NCBI GenBank assembly: GCA_038231455.1
Contig: JBBRLI010000005.1
Span: 32,001-96,000 of the forward strand
Reading direction: 5' to 3'
From: Vulcanimicrobiales bacterium
GTDB taxonomy: Bacteria > Vulcanimicrobiota > Vulcanimicrobiia > Vulcanimicrobiales > Vulcanimicrobiaceae
DNA length: 64,000 bases
Part shown: positions 19,972 to 28,875 of the stretch, in pieces
How the letters are laid out: the number at the start of each line of letters is the position of its first letter
Position numbering within the stretch: position 1 is the first letter of the stretch
The notes under the pieces: model-generated
Seen by the model: the letters and a program-made list of their open reading frames with translations, nothing else
Database searches by the model: none
What the model was told of the DNA's origin: nothing
Made by a program: the position numbers and the translations under genes

Positions 19972-20562
19972 TTAGGTTTGACCTAATTTGTAGCGCAGTC
20001 CGGCACGTAGGGCCGGCCATTCGGCAGCCGCGATGCTATAGACGTAGGTGTCGCGGAGTGTGCCGTTGCGATGGTGCCCGTGGCTACGCAGGATGCCGTC
20101 GAGGCGTGCGCCGAGGCGTTCGATTGCCGCTCGGCTCGCTCGATTAAATGACGAGGTGCGAAACTCGACGGCGATGCAGTCGAGTGTTTCAAACGCGTGT
20201 GTAAGTAGAAGCAGCTTTGCCTCGGTGTTTGCTCCCGTGCGCTGCAGGCGCTTCCGGTAGAACGTGTATCCGATTTCGAGCCGTCGGTTCGCCTCGTCGA
20301 TATTGCAATACGTCGTCATGCCGACGGCGCGACCCGTTGCGCGTTCCACGATCGCAAATGGCACCATCGATCCGGCCGCTTGCAATTGCTGACGTCGCTC
20401 GATTTCTGCCGCCATGCCCTCGGGTTCGGGAACGCTCGTGTACCATAGGTCCCACAACTTCCCGTCGCGCACCGCGTCGACGAGATCGTCGTGATGGGCA
20501 GTCGAGATCGGTTCGAGAACGACGATCTCGCCTTCGAGCGTGACGGGTTTGACCCACCCCAC
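19972..20562 (-). CDS. GNAT (RimJ/RimL-like) N-acetyltransferase
   Basis: EIGYTF..QRTGANTEAKLLLL.HAFE, N.ASRAAIERLGA..DGILR. Confidence 0.92.
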   Translation of the reverse strand: MGWVKPVTLEGEIVVLEPISTAHHDDLVDAVRDGKLWDLWYTSVPEPEGMAAEIERRQQLQAAGSMVPFAIVERATGRAVGMTTYCNIDEANRRLEIGYTFYRKRLQRTGANTEAKLLLLTHAFETLDCIAVEFRTSSFNRASRAAIERLGARLDGILRSHGHHRNGTLRDTYVYSIAAAEWPALRAGLRYKLGQT

Positions 20563-20568
20563 GCGCGG

Positions 20569-21726
20569 CTAGGTCTTGGCTAAGGAGAGCGTCGTGTCGA
20601 GTGCGTGTGTGAGATCGCCGATCAGATCGTTCACGCCTTCGATGCCGACCGAGAGGCGCAAGAGACCGTCGGTAACGCCACGGCGTTCTCTCTCTTCTTT
20701 GGGAATCGAGCCGTGCGTCATGCGCGCCGGATGGCACAGGAGCGACTCGACGCCGCCGAGGCTTTCGGCGAGGCTGAAGAGCTTGGTGTGCTTGGCGAAT
20801 TCAAGCGCTCGCGATTCCGGTCCGCGCAGCGTGAATGAGACCATGCCCCCGAAGCCGCGCATCTGTTTCTTTGCGAGTTCGTGCTGCGGATGCGAGGCAA
20901 GGCCGGGGTAGAAGACGCGCGCGACATCGTCGCGACCTTCAAGAAAAGCTGCCACGACTTTCGCATTCGATTCGTGCTCGCGCATGCGAATCGCAAGCGT
21001 CTTTGCGCCGCGCATCGTCAGCCACGCGTCCATCGGGCCGGGCACGCCGCCGACGGCGTTCTGGTGGAATTTGATCGATTCGTGCAAGTCTTTGTCGTTT
21101 GTTAGGGCCGCGCCGCCAACGACGTCGCTATGACCGCCGATGTACTTGGTCGTCGAGTGAACGACGACATCGGCGCCGAGCGCGAGTGGCGACTGGAAAT
21201 ACGGCGATGCAAACGTGTTGTCGACGATCACCGTTTGGCCCGCGGTTTTCATTTGCGCGATTGCCGCGATGTCGACGAGCTTCAGCAGCGGATTGGTCGG
21301 CGTTTCGATCCAGAACATCTTGGTGTTCGGTTTGATCGCGGCGCGCACGGCCGCAAGATCGCTCATGTCGACATAGGTGAACTCGAGACCGTAGCGCGTG
21401 AGCACCTTGGTGAAGAGCCGATACGTGCCGCCGTAGAGATCGTCGGTCACGATCGCGTGGTCGCCGGCTGAGAGCAGGTTGAGCACCGCAGACGTTGCTG
21501 CCATGCCGGAGGAGAAGGCGCTGCCATATTCGGCTTCTTCGAGCGAGGCGAGTTGCTGCTCGAGCGCGACGCGCGTCGGATTCACCGTGCGGCTGTAATC
21601 GAAGCCTTTATGTTCGCCGACCGACGTTTGCGTGTAGGTCGAGGTCTGGTACACCGGGACGATCGTTGCGCCCGTGGTGGGGTCCGCTTCTTGTCCGACG
21701 TGAATGGCGCGCGTGCTAAAATCCAT
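20569..21726 (-). CDS. Cystathionine gamma-lyase/synthase (PLP-dependent)
   Basis: YSRTVNPT, FSSGMAA, ETPTNP, HSTTKYIGGHSD, AESLGGVESL. Confidence 0.93.
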   Translation of the reverse strand: MDFSTRAIHVGQEADPTTGATIVPVYQTSTYTQTSVGEHKGFDYSRTVNPTRVALEQQLASLEEAEYGSAFSSGMAATSAVLNLLSAGDHAIVTDDLYGGTYRLFTKVLTRYGLEFTYVDMSDLAAVRAAIKPNTKMFWIETPTNPLLKLVDIAAIAQMKTAGQTVIVDNTFASPYFQSPLALGADVVVHSTTKYIGGHSDVVGGAALTNDKDLHESIKFHQNAVGGVPGPMDAWLTMRGAKTLAIRMREHESNAKVVAAFLEGRDDVARVFYPGLASHPQHELAKKQMRGFGGMVSFTLRGPESRALEFAKHTKLFSLAESLGGVESLLCHPARMTHGSIPKEERERRGVTDGLLRLSVGIEGVNDLIGDLTHALDTTLSLAKT

Positions 21727-21758
21727 GGATTGCCCTTCCGGATGGTCTTCGGCGGTGC

Positions 21759-22514
21759 CTATCGCACGCCGTCTTGTGGCCAGAACCCGTAAATCGCGCG
21801 GCCGGGTTCCAAGTCCCAAAAGCGCGTTGCGTTGTCGCCGACGCCGTACACGGTTGCGAACGGCACGTCATGCGCGAGAATCGCACCGACCAAGCGCGCG
21901 AAGTCGTTCTGCGACATCCACGTCGCGGCGTAGCGTTTGAATTTTTGCTCGTCGGTGAGGTTCAGCCAGCCCGAGGACCTACGCACGCTCTCGTGTTTCG
22001 GATCGTCCTCTTTGGTGATCGAACCGATCCGAACGCAGGCCACGCGCAGGCCGTACTTATCGCTGTAGAAACGACCGAGCGTTTCGCCGAACGCCTTCCA
22101 CACGCCATAAAGCCCGTCGGGCCGATAGGGATCGTCGATGCCAACGAGCATGCCGGATGAGGGTTCGTAGATCGCCGGTTTCTCGTCGACTTCGTACATG
22201 CCTACGGCATGATTGGAGCTTGCAAAGATGACGTGTTTTGCACCGACGCGACGCGCCGCTTCGAAGGCGTTGTACGTGCCTAAAATATTCGGTCCGTACG
22301 TGTCGTCCCACGACGTTTCCACCTCCACTTTGCCGGCGAGGTGGATAACCGCATCGCAGCCCGCGAAAGCGGCTTCGAGTGCGGCGAGATCTTGTACGTC
22401 CGCGATGATATCGGCATCGTGCAGATCGATGCGCACGACGGGGTGGCTCGTCGCAAGGTGCGTGGCAAGGCGCGAGCCGATCGTTCCCGCGGCCCCGGTG
22501 ATGGCGATCTTCAC
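21759..22514 (-). CDS. NAD-dependent epimerase/dehydratase (uronate-dehydrogenase-like)
   Basis: ITGAAGTIG, FASSNHAVG, YGVWK (YxxxK), VRIGS. Confidence 0.85.
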   Translation of the reverse strand: MKIAITGAAGTIGSRLATHLATSHPVVRIDLHDADIIADVQDLAALEAAFAGCDAVIHLAGKVEVETSWDDTYGPNILGTYNAFEAARRVGAKHVIFASSNHAVGMYEVDEKPAIYEPSSGMLVGIDDPYRPDGLYGVWKAFGETLGRFYSDKYGLRVACVRIGSITKEDDPKHESVRRSSGWLNLTDEQKFKRYAATWMSQNDFARLVGAILAHDVPFATVYGVGDNATRFWDLEPGRAIYGFWPQDGVR

Positions 22515-22518
22515 GCGC

Positions 22519-23922
22519 TTAGAGCGTCTGGCTTGATGAGGAGAGGAAGCTGATAATATCCTGGCGCGCGAGGACGCCGATCGGCTTGTCGTTTTCGGTG
22601 ACGATAATTGCGGGGTTTGCAAGTGTCAGGAGGCGGTAGGCTTTATCGACATCGTCGTTGACACTGAGCATCGGGAACGGGCGCCCCATCACTTCACTTA
22701 CGGGCTTGTGCAAGAGATCCGAGTGATCGAAGACCGCTTGCATCACCGCCACGTCGTTGACACTGCCGACCACTTTGTCGCCGTCCATAACCGGCAACTG
22801 CGAGATTTCATACTTACGCAGCAGGTCGAGCGCTTCGCGCACGACGGCGCTTGGGCCGACGGTGATGAGCTGCGTGAGACCGACCTTCGAGCGCAGCACG
22901 TCACCAACGGTGTCTTTGCGCTTCTCATCCTCGATGAAGCCGTTGGCTTTCATCCACTCATCGTTGAAAATTTTGGACATGTAGCCGCGGCCGGAGTCCG
23001 GCATCATTACGACGAGTACGGCTTCTTTGGGCAGCGTCTTTGCGACGCGCACGGCGGCAGCGACGGCGGTGCCGGACGAACCGCCCACGAGTAAGCCTTC
23101 TTCGCGTGTCACGCGGCGCGCCATAAGAAACGACTCTTTATCGCCGATACGGATCGTTTGATCGATCACACGCATGTCGACCGTCACCGGCAGATACGAC
23201 ATACCGATGCCCTCGACTTTGTACGACTTGGGCGTATCGCCCGAATAGATGCTGCCTTCCGGATCGGCACCGACGACGACGATCTTCGGATTCATCTCTT
23301 TGAGGTAGCGCGCGGTGCCGGAGATCGTGCCGCCGGTTCCCATGCCGCTCACGAAGTGCGTGATCTTGCCGCCGGTCTGCTCCCAGATCTCGGGGCCGGT
23401 CGAGCGGTAATGGGCATCGGGGTTGTTACGATTGTGCCACTGATCGGGCTGAAAGGCGCCGGGGATGTCGGCGGTGAGACGGTTCGCAACGCTGTAATAT
23501 GATTCGGGTGAGTCGTTGGCTACATTGGTCGGCGTCACCACGACCTCGGCGCCGTATGCGCGCAGCAAGTCGATTTTTTCACTCGACATCTTATCGGGCA
23601 TCACAAGGATGCAGCGGTAACCGCGGATGGCGGCCGCCATCGCAAGGCCCGTGCCGGTGTTGCCGCTGGTTGCCTCGATGATCGTCGCACCTTTTTTGAG
23701 CGAGCCGGAAGCCTCGGCTTCCTCGATCATGGCGACGGCCGGGCGATCCTTGACGCTGCCGCCGGGATTGACGTACTCCACCTTCGCGAGCACCAGACAC
23801 TCCGCACCATCCGTGACCTTATTCAGCCGCACGAGCGGCGTGCGGCCGACGGCCTCGAGCGCGTCGTTGAAGTAGTGCATTTCGCCGCTACCGGCTTTGG
23901 GTATAGGTGTGCTGAGCGCCAT
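22519..23922 (-). CDS. Cystathionine beta-synthase with C-terminal CBS domains
   Basis: NPGGSVKDR, TSGNTG, GMGTGGT, PDSGRGYMSKIFND.W, CBS pair; start could also be 23880. Confidence 0.93.
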   Translation of the reverse strand: MALSTPIPKAGSGEMHYFNDALEAVGRTPLVRLNKVTDGAECLVLAKVEYVNPGGSVKDRPAVAMIEEAEASGSLKKGATIIEATSGNTGTGLAMAAAIRGYRCILVMPDKMSSEKIDLLRAYGAEVVVTPTNVANDSPESYYSVANRLTADIPGAFQPDQWHNRNNPDAHYRSTGPEIWEQTGGKITHFVSGMGTGGTISGTARYLKEMNPKIVVVGADPEGSIYSGDTPKSYKVEGIGMSYLPVTVDMRVIDQTIRIGDKESFLMARRVTREEGLLVGGSSGTAVAAAVRVAKTLPKEAVLVVMMPDSGRGYMSKIFNDEWMKANGFIEDEKRKDTVGDVLRSKVGLTQLITVGPSAVVREALDLLRKYEISQLPVMDGDKVVGSVNDVAVMQAVFDHSDLLHKPVSEVMGRPFPMLSVNDDVDKAYRLLTLANPAIIVTENDKPIGVLARQDIISFLSSSSQTL

Positions 23923-24005
23923 AATGCTTCGCGCTTCCGCAACCGCGGGAGCCCTGCCTGCGTCAAAGTGTTGCTGGACTACGATCCTTTTAGGGGGAAC
24001 TTTTC

Positions 24006-24359
24006 GTGCCGACCGACTTCCGTAGCGGTTCTGTTTTTCCACGACGCGGTCGCGAATCGATCGAAGGTTTTTTATGGCTCGCCCGACTCTTTGACAAAGC
24101 GCGAGCAGCGCGCGACGAGACGATATTTGACTATATTTATCCCTGTCCGATGGACCGTGGCGTCATGGATCGCTGGGGCATTACCGACCGCGTGTTCAAC
24201 GCCGCGATCGAAGACATGCATACAGACGAAGAAATCGTCGCCTGGCTCAAAGCGCGCGTTCCAAGCAAGAACCGCGATGAGGCGAATCGCTGGTTGCTCG
24301 AAGAGAAGATCGGCAACCTTGAGAAGCAAGACAAAGAAGAGGGCGTGGTTCCGGCCTAA
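24006..24359 (+). CDS. DUF5069-like protein
   Basis: PR.....G..WLARLFDKARA....DYIYPCPMD. Confidence 0.7.
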   Translation: MPTDFRSGSVFPRRGRESIEGFLWLARLFDKARAARDETIFDYIYPCPMDRGVMDRWGITDRVFNAAIEDMHTDEEIVAWLKARVPSKNRDEANRWLLEEKIGNLEKQDKEEGVVPA

Positions 24360-24374
24360 GCCAATGCGCTCGGC

Positions 24375-24713
24375 ATGAACCGCCTGCGCCCCATCGCTGC
24401 CGTCTTGCTCCTTGCGCTTGCCGCGTGCGGCGGGCCCGCGCTCCCCGCATCGCAGAATTATGCGACGCTCACCGGGCGAGTGATCGATTCGGCGACGAGC
24501 CTGCCGATTGCCGGTGCGATCGTCACGGTCAACTTCGTGAGTAATTCCGCGCCGACGGGCGCCGACGGGACGTTCAAAGTGCAGAACGTGCCGATCGGTC
24601 AAGACGATTATTCCGCGGCGGCCACGGGTTATGCGAGTTCGGCGACGGCTTCGACGTCGTTTGCAGCCGGACAAACCGTGAGCGTCGTCATTCCGTTGCG
24701 AAAATCGCCGTAA
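24375..24713 (+). CDS. Lipoprotein with carboxypeptidase-regulatory-like beta domain
   Basis: Lipobox LAAC; G.VIDS.T..PIAGA.V, T.ADGTF....VP.G. Confidence 0.8.
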   Translation: MNRLRPIAAVLLLALAACGGPALPASQNYATLTGRVIDSATSLPIAGAIVTVNFVSNSAPTGADGTFKVQNVPIGQDDYSAAATGYASSATASTSFAAGQTVSVVIPLRKSP

Positions 24714-24715
24714 CG

Positions 24716-25858
24716 CTGCACGTTCTCGTCGCCCCGGATAAATTTAAGGGGAGTGCGAGTGCCGCCGCGATCGGCGAGGCGATTGCCGCTGGCCTGGGTG
24801 ATGTCGAGCCGGAACTCGCGGTTCGCATCGTGCCGATGGCCGATGGCGGCGAGGGTACGGTCGATGCGTTCATCGCTAGCGGGGCTCTCGTTCGCAGCGC
24901 ACGCGTGCGAGGACCGCTCGGCGATCCGATCGATGCGCGATTCGCGCGCGAAGGCGATGTCGCCATTCTCGAGATGTCCGCGGCCTCCGGTTTAGAACTG
25001 GTCCCAACCGATCGTCGTGACGTTCTTGCCGCCACCACGTTCGGCACCGGCCAACTCATCGCTGCTGCCCTCGACGACGGCGCAAAACGGATCGTTCTTG
25101 GCATCGGCGGTAGCGCGACCAACGACGGTGGTGCCGGTGCACTCGCGGCCCTCGGTGTGCGATTTCTCAATGGCGCCGGTGCGGCGATCGACCCGACGCC
25201 GGCGCAGCTCGCGGACGTCGTCTCGATCGATGTACGTGGTCTCGATCCGCGTCTTGCCTCCGTCGCATTTGAGATCGCTTGCGATGTCGATAATCCCTTA
25301 CTCGGACCGACCGGTGCAACGGCGATCTATGGTCCGCAAAAAGGCGCGATCGGCGCAATTGCCGCGCGAGCCGAACGCGGACTTCACGCGCTCGCCGACG
25401 CGATCGGACGGGCTCGGGAAAGCGATCTGCGCGAACTTCCCGGTGCCGGCGCCGCCGGTGGCCTCGGCTTCGGACTTGCCTCGCTTGCGGGCGCACGTCT
25501 TCGCCGCGGCGTCGATGTGGTTGCCGATGTCCGCGGCCTGACGGACGCACTTCGCGGCGCCGCGTACTGTATCACCGGTGAAGGCCGGATCGACGTGCAG
25601 ACGCTGCACGGGAAAACCGTCGCGGGCGTTGCCGATCTCGCGCGCAGCGCCGGCGTTCCCGTCTACGCCCTGGGCGGCAGTGTCGATGTATCGGTCGAGC
25701 GCGCACTCTTCGATCGCGGCGTGGTCTGCGTTCCGATTTGCGCGGCGCCCATGCCGCTCGAGCAAGCGATGGCCGAGACCCTCGCACTCGTGCGCGCGGC
25801 AGCGGCGCGCATCGCTAGGTCGAGGCGGGTTCTTTTGGGTCCGACTGGCGGAACTTAA
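24716..25858 (+). CDS. glxK: Glycerate kinase (GlxK family)
   Basis: APDKFKGS, PMADGGEGT, GGSATNDGG, GAGAAGG, TGEG.ID.QT..GK; start inferred at CTG 24716. Confidence 0.9.
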   Translation: MHVLVAPDKFKGSASAAAIGEAIAAGLGDVEPELAVRIVPMADGGEGTVDAFIASGALVRSARVRGPLGDPIDARFAREGDVAILEMSAASGLELVPTDRRDVLAATTFGTGQLIAAALDDGAKRIVLGIGGSATNDGGAGALAALGVRFLNGAGAAIDPTPAQLADVVSIDVRGLDPRLASVAFEIACDVDNPLLGPTGATAIYGPQKGAIGAIAARAERGLHALADAIGRARESDLRELPGAGAAGGLGFGLASLAGARLRRGVDVVADVRGLTDALRGAAYCITGEGRIDVQTLHGKTVAGVADLARSAGVPVYALGGSVDVSVERALFDRGVVCVPICAAPMPLEQAMAETLALVRAAAARIARSRRVLLGPTGGT

Positions 25859-27152
25859 CGAACGAGGCACGCTGCGCGATCGTCCCATCGACGATTTCCA
25901 TGATGACGCGCGCGAGTTTTTCCGAGTCGTGACGCACGTTCTGCGTTTCGCTGATCACTTGCGCGCGCACGACTTTAACGCCGAGTTTGGCGAGTTCCGG
26001 CTCATCCACGAGCACCGGTAATTGGCCCTCTTCGGCATAGATGCTGCGCAGCTTACTCGGCAGTTGATCGTTCACAACCACGATATCGCAGACGTGTGCG
26101 CGCGCTTGATCGAGGAGCGTCTTTACGTGCGCTGAGGCCGTGAACGCATCGGTTTCTCCGGGCTGCGTCATCACGTTGCAGACGTAGATCTTTATTGCGC
26201 TCGATGCTTCGACTTCCCGGGCAACGCGATCGACGAGCAGATTGGGCATAATCGAGGTATAGAGCGATCCTGGCCCGAGCACGATTGCATCGGCATCGCG
26301 AATCGCCTCGATCACCTCATCGAGCGGCGCGGCGTATGGCGGATCGAAGAAGACATCTTTGATGGGCTTCGTGGCTTTTGAAATATTCGATTCGCCCTCG
26401 ACGATCGTGCCGTCGACGAGCGTTGCACAAAGTCGTGCGACGCCCAGCGTCGCCGGGAGCACGCGACCTTTGATGTTGAGCACGCGGCTCGAGACTTTGA
26501 TCGCCTCATCGAAATTGCCGGTAATACCGGTCATGGCGGCAAGAAACAGATTGCCGAACGAGTGACCGGTCAAGCCTTCGCCTTCGCGAAAACGGTAGCG
26601 AAAGAGATCGGTAACGAGCGCTTCGTCATCGGCAAGCGCAACAAGACAGTTCCGAATATCGCCGGGCGGCAGAACGCCAAGTTCTTTTTGCAGACGGCCC
26701 GAACTACCGCCGTCATCGCTGACGGTAACGACGGCGCTCAAGTTTGCCGTGTAGCGTTTGAGTCCGCGCAGGAGCGTCGAAAGACCGGTTCCACCGCCGA
26801 TCGTCACGATCTTATAGCCGCGCTTGAGACGCGTTTCGAGCAGGGCGTCGATCATGCGGTCGGTGCCGTACGGCTGCACGGCGGTAACGATCGAATTGAG
26901 CCAGCGCCAAATCCCAAGCGCCACGAGCACGACGCCGAGTGTCATGAAAAGGAACGAAATTTTATCGGCCGGGATGACGTCGCCAACGATGTTGTCGACG
27001 AGCTCGTTGATGCGGAAGTGCGTGCCTTCGTCGGTAAACCAGCGCGAGATACCGTTCACCAAGAGAACCGCACCGAACGCGGCAACCACGAGCCAGCGTT
27101 TAACGCCCAGCCCCGGCAAAAACCAGCGCACGACGTTGATCGATCGCTTCAT
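25815..27152 (-). CDS. yvcK: YvcK/GlmR family protein with N-terminal membrane segments
   Basis: IGGGTGL, DDGGSSGRL, PPGDIRN, GHSFGNL, GPGSLYTS, NVMTQPGET. Confidence 0.93.
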   Translation of the reverse strand: MKRSINVVRWFLPGLGVKRWLVVAAFGAVLLVNGISRWFTDEGTHFRINELVDNIVGDVIPADKISFLFMTLGVVLVALGIWRWLNSIVTAVQPYGTDRMIDALLETRLKRGYKIVTIGGGTGLSTLLRGLKRYTANLSAVVTVSDDGGSSGRLQKELGVLPPGDIRNCLVALADDEALVTDLFRYRFREGEGLTGHSFGNLFLAAMTGITGNFDEAIKVSSRVLNIKGRVLPATLGVARLCATLVDGTIVEGESNISKATKPIKDVFFDPPYAAPLDEVIEAIRDADAIVLGPGSLYTSIMPNLLVDRVAREVEASSAIKIYVCNVMTQPGETDAFTASAHVKTLLDQARAHVCDIVVVNDQLPSKLRSIYAEEGQLPVLVDEPELAKLGVKVVRAQVISETQNVRHDSEKLARVIMEIVDGTIAQRASFVKFRQSDPKEPAST

Positions 27153-28012
27153 CGTTCCACGTCCCGCTGTTCCGTTGAGACGGCAAGCGTGGGATTTGCC
27201 AGCAAGTGCGCGGCGATACGACGCATCAAGAAGACCGATCGATGGCGTCCGCCGGTGCATCCGATCGCGATCGTCAACTGCGACTTGCCTTCTTTGCGGT
27301 AGTGCGGCATCAAGAAATCGAGCAGCGAGAGTGTTTTTTCAAGAAAGATCGCCGTCTCGGGCAACGCTTCGAGATACGCGGCAACCGGCGCGTCGTCGCC
27401 GGTGAGCGGCCGCAGTTCGGCGACGTAATGCGGATTCGGTAAGAAACGCACGTCGAAGACACAGTCGGCATCCAGCGGAACGCCGTATTTGAAACCAAAC
27501 GCGAGCAACGCGACGCGCAGTTTGAGTTCGCCGTTGACGCCGAGGAACGTCGCTTGAATGCGTTCTTTGAGCATGCCATGCGTGAGCCGCGAGGTATCCC
27601 AAATGTGTTGCGCGCGGTCTCGCAGCGGCGCAAGCGATACGCGCTCTTTTGCGATGGCAACGGTCAGGTGATCGGCGTCGGTCGCGAAGGGATGGCGGCG
27701 GCGCGTTTCGCTGTACCGGCGCACGATTGCCTCATCGTCGGCATCCAAGAAGAGCAGTTCGGGGCCGAATCCAGCCTCGGAGAGGCCTTCGAGCGCTACG
27801 AGCGGGTCGCCGAACGGGCCGTGGGTGCGCACGTCCAGGGCGATTGCCACGCGATGGATCCCGCCTTGTTCGACGAGCGCGACCAAGGCCATCGAGAGGT
27901 TCGGCGGTAAATTGTCCAGACAGTAATAGCCGAGATCCTCGAACGATTTCATCGCCTGGCTCTTGCCTGCTCCGGAGAGGCCCGTTACGATAACGAAAGA
28001 CTGTAAGCTCAT
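27149..28012 (-). CDS. rapZ: RNase adapter RapZ/YvcJ
   Basis: TGLSGAGKS, RRYSETRRRHP, FGFKYG, DVRFLPNP, GCTGGRHRSV. Confidence 0.95.
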   Translation of the reverse strand: MSLQSFVIVTGLSGAGKSQAMKSFEDLGYYCLDNLPPNLSMALVALVEQGGIHRVAIALDVRTHGPFGDPLVALEGLSEAGFGPELLFLDADDEAIVRRYSETRRRHPFATDADHLTVAIAKERVSLAPLRDRAQHIWDTSRLTHGMLKERIQATFLGVNGELKLRVALLAFGFKYGVPLDADCVFDVRFLPNPHYVAELRPLTGDDAPVAAYLEALPETAIFLEKTLSLLDFLMPHYRKEGKSQLTIAIGCTGGRHRSVFLMRRIAAHLLANPTLAVSTEQRDVER

Positions 28013-28030
28013 CGAGACACCGCAAGGATC

Positions 28031-28414
28031 ATGAAGCTTTTTTCGCCTGAGAAAGCAAACGCCCTTATCCCAATCCTCTCGCCGCTGCTCGATGAGCTGT
28101 GGACGAAGCGGCGCGAGCTTGCGATCCGCCTGCTCGAGAGCGATCCTCTGCTCCGCGCGAACCGGCCTGCGGAAACGCACGATCGCCGCGTCTCGCGCAA
28201 GTTCACCGAACTCAAGGCCGAGATCGTCCGCCTGATCAACCGGATCGAGGCACATGGCTGTGTCGTGAAAGACCTCGATCTTGGGCTCTTGGATTTTCCG
28301 GCGCTCCGCGACGGACGGCCGGTGTATCTGTGCTGGAAAGCGGGGGAATCGGCGCTCGCGCACTGGCACGGCACCGACGAGAGTTTCGTCGACCGCAAGC
28401 GGCTCGACGTTTAG
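28031..28414 (+). CDS. DUF2203 family protein
   Basis: F...AN.L.P, KDLDLGLLDFP, YLCWK.GE...HWH. Confidence 0.85.
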   Translation: MKLFSPEKANALIPILSPLLDELWTKRRELAIRLLESDPLLRANRPAETHDRRVSRKFTELKAEIVRLINRIEAHGCVVKDLDLGLLDFPALRDGRPVYLCWKAGESALAHWHGTDESFVDRKRLDV

Positions 28415-28419
28415 AACGC

Positions 28420-28449
28420 AAAACGGGCGCCGCAGAGGCGCCCGTTCTC
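28420..28449. terminator. Hairpin terminator between convergent genes
   Basis: aacgggcgcc-gcaga-ggcgcccgtt. Confidence 0.7.
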
Positions 28450-28471
28450 GTGTCTGTTGGAGGCGGCGGAT

Positions 28472-28867
28472 CTAACCCGCGGCGACCGGATCGACCTTGA
28501 TGAAATCCTCGGCCAGACCCTGGAGACGTACTTCGCCGAATTCCACGGTATAGGCGCCTGCCGCGAAGTCTTTTACTTCGCCGACTTCGGGAACCGTGGC
28601 AAGCTGCGGAATCTTCGAGCGGATTTCATCGGGCAACTTCACTTTGTCGCCGACGGCAAGTTCCGGCGCTTCGAAGAGTTTTTCGAGGTCGGCCAGGAGC
28701 ATATTGAGCGGAATGCCATAGCCTTCGCTGACCTGTTCGATCGTCTCGGTTTCGCTGATCGCGCAGTTGGCGCAGCCGCCGAGGTGAAAGCGCGCGAACA
28801 CACGGCGGGCGCCGGCATGAACTTTAAACGCGTTTTCGACGGTGAGGTCTTTGGTGAAGTGGGCCAC
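28472..28867 (-). CDS. DUF1858-like CxxC domain protein with small C-terminal beta domain
   Basis: VFARFHLGGCANC..S..ETIEQ....GI....LL.DL; AGGAGAG RBS. Confidence 0.65.
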   Translation of the reverse strand: MAHFTKDLTVENAFKVHAGARRVFARFHLGGCANCAISETETIEQVSEGYGIPLNMLLADLEKLFEAPELAVGDKVKLPDEIRSKIPQLATVPEVGEVKDFAAGAYTVEFGEVRLQGLAEDFIKVDPVAAG

Positions 28868-28875
28868 GTACTCTC

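Noticed and set aside
23923-24005. Possible SAM riboswitch or T-box upstream of CBS
   Set aside because: Gap is short, shared with a divergent gene, and lacks the conserved motifs
25815-25858. 44-bp convergent overlap of glxK and yvcK
   Set aside because: Short tail-to-tail overlaps are common in compact genomes
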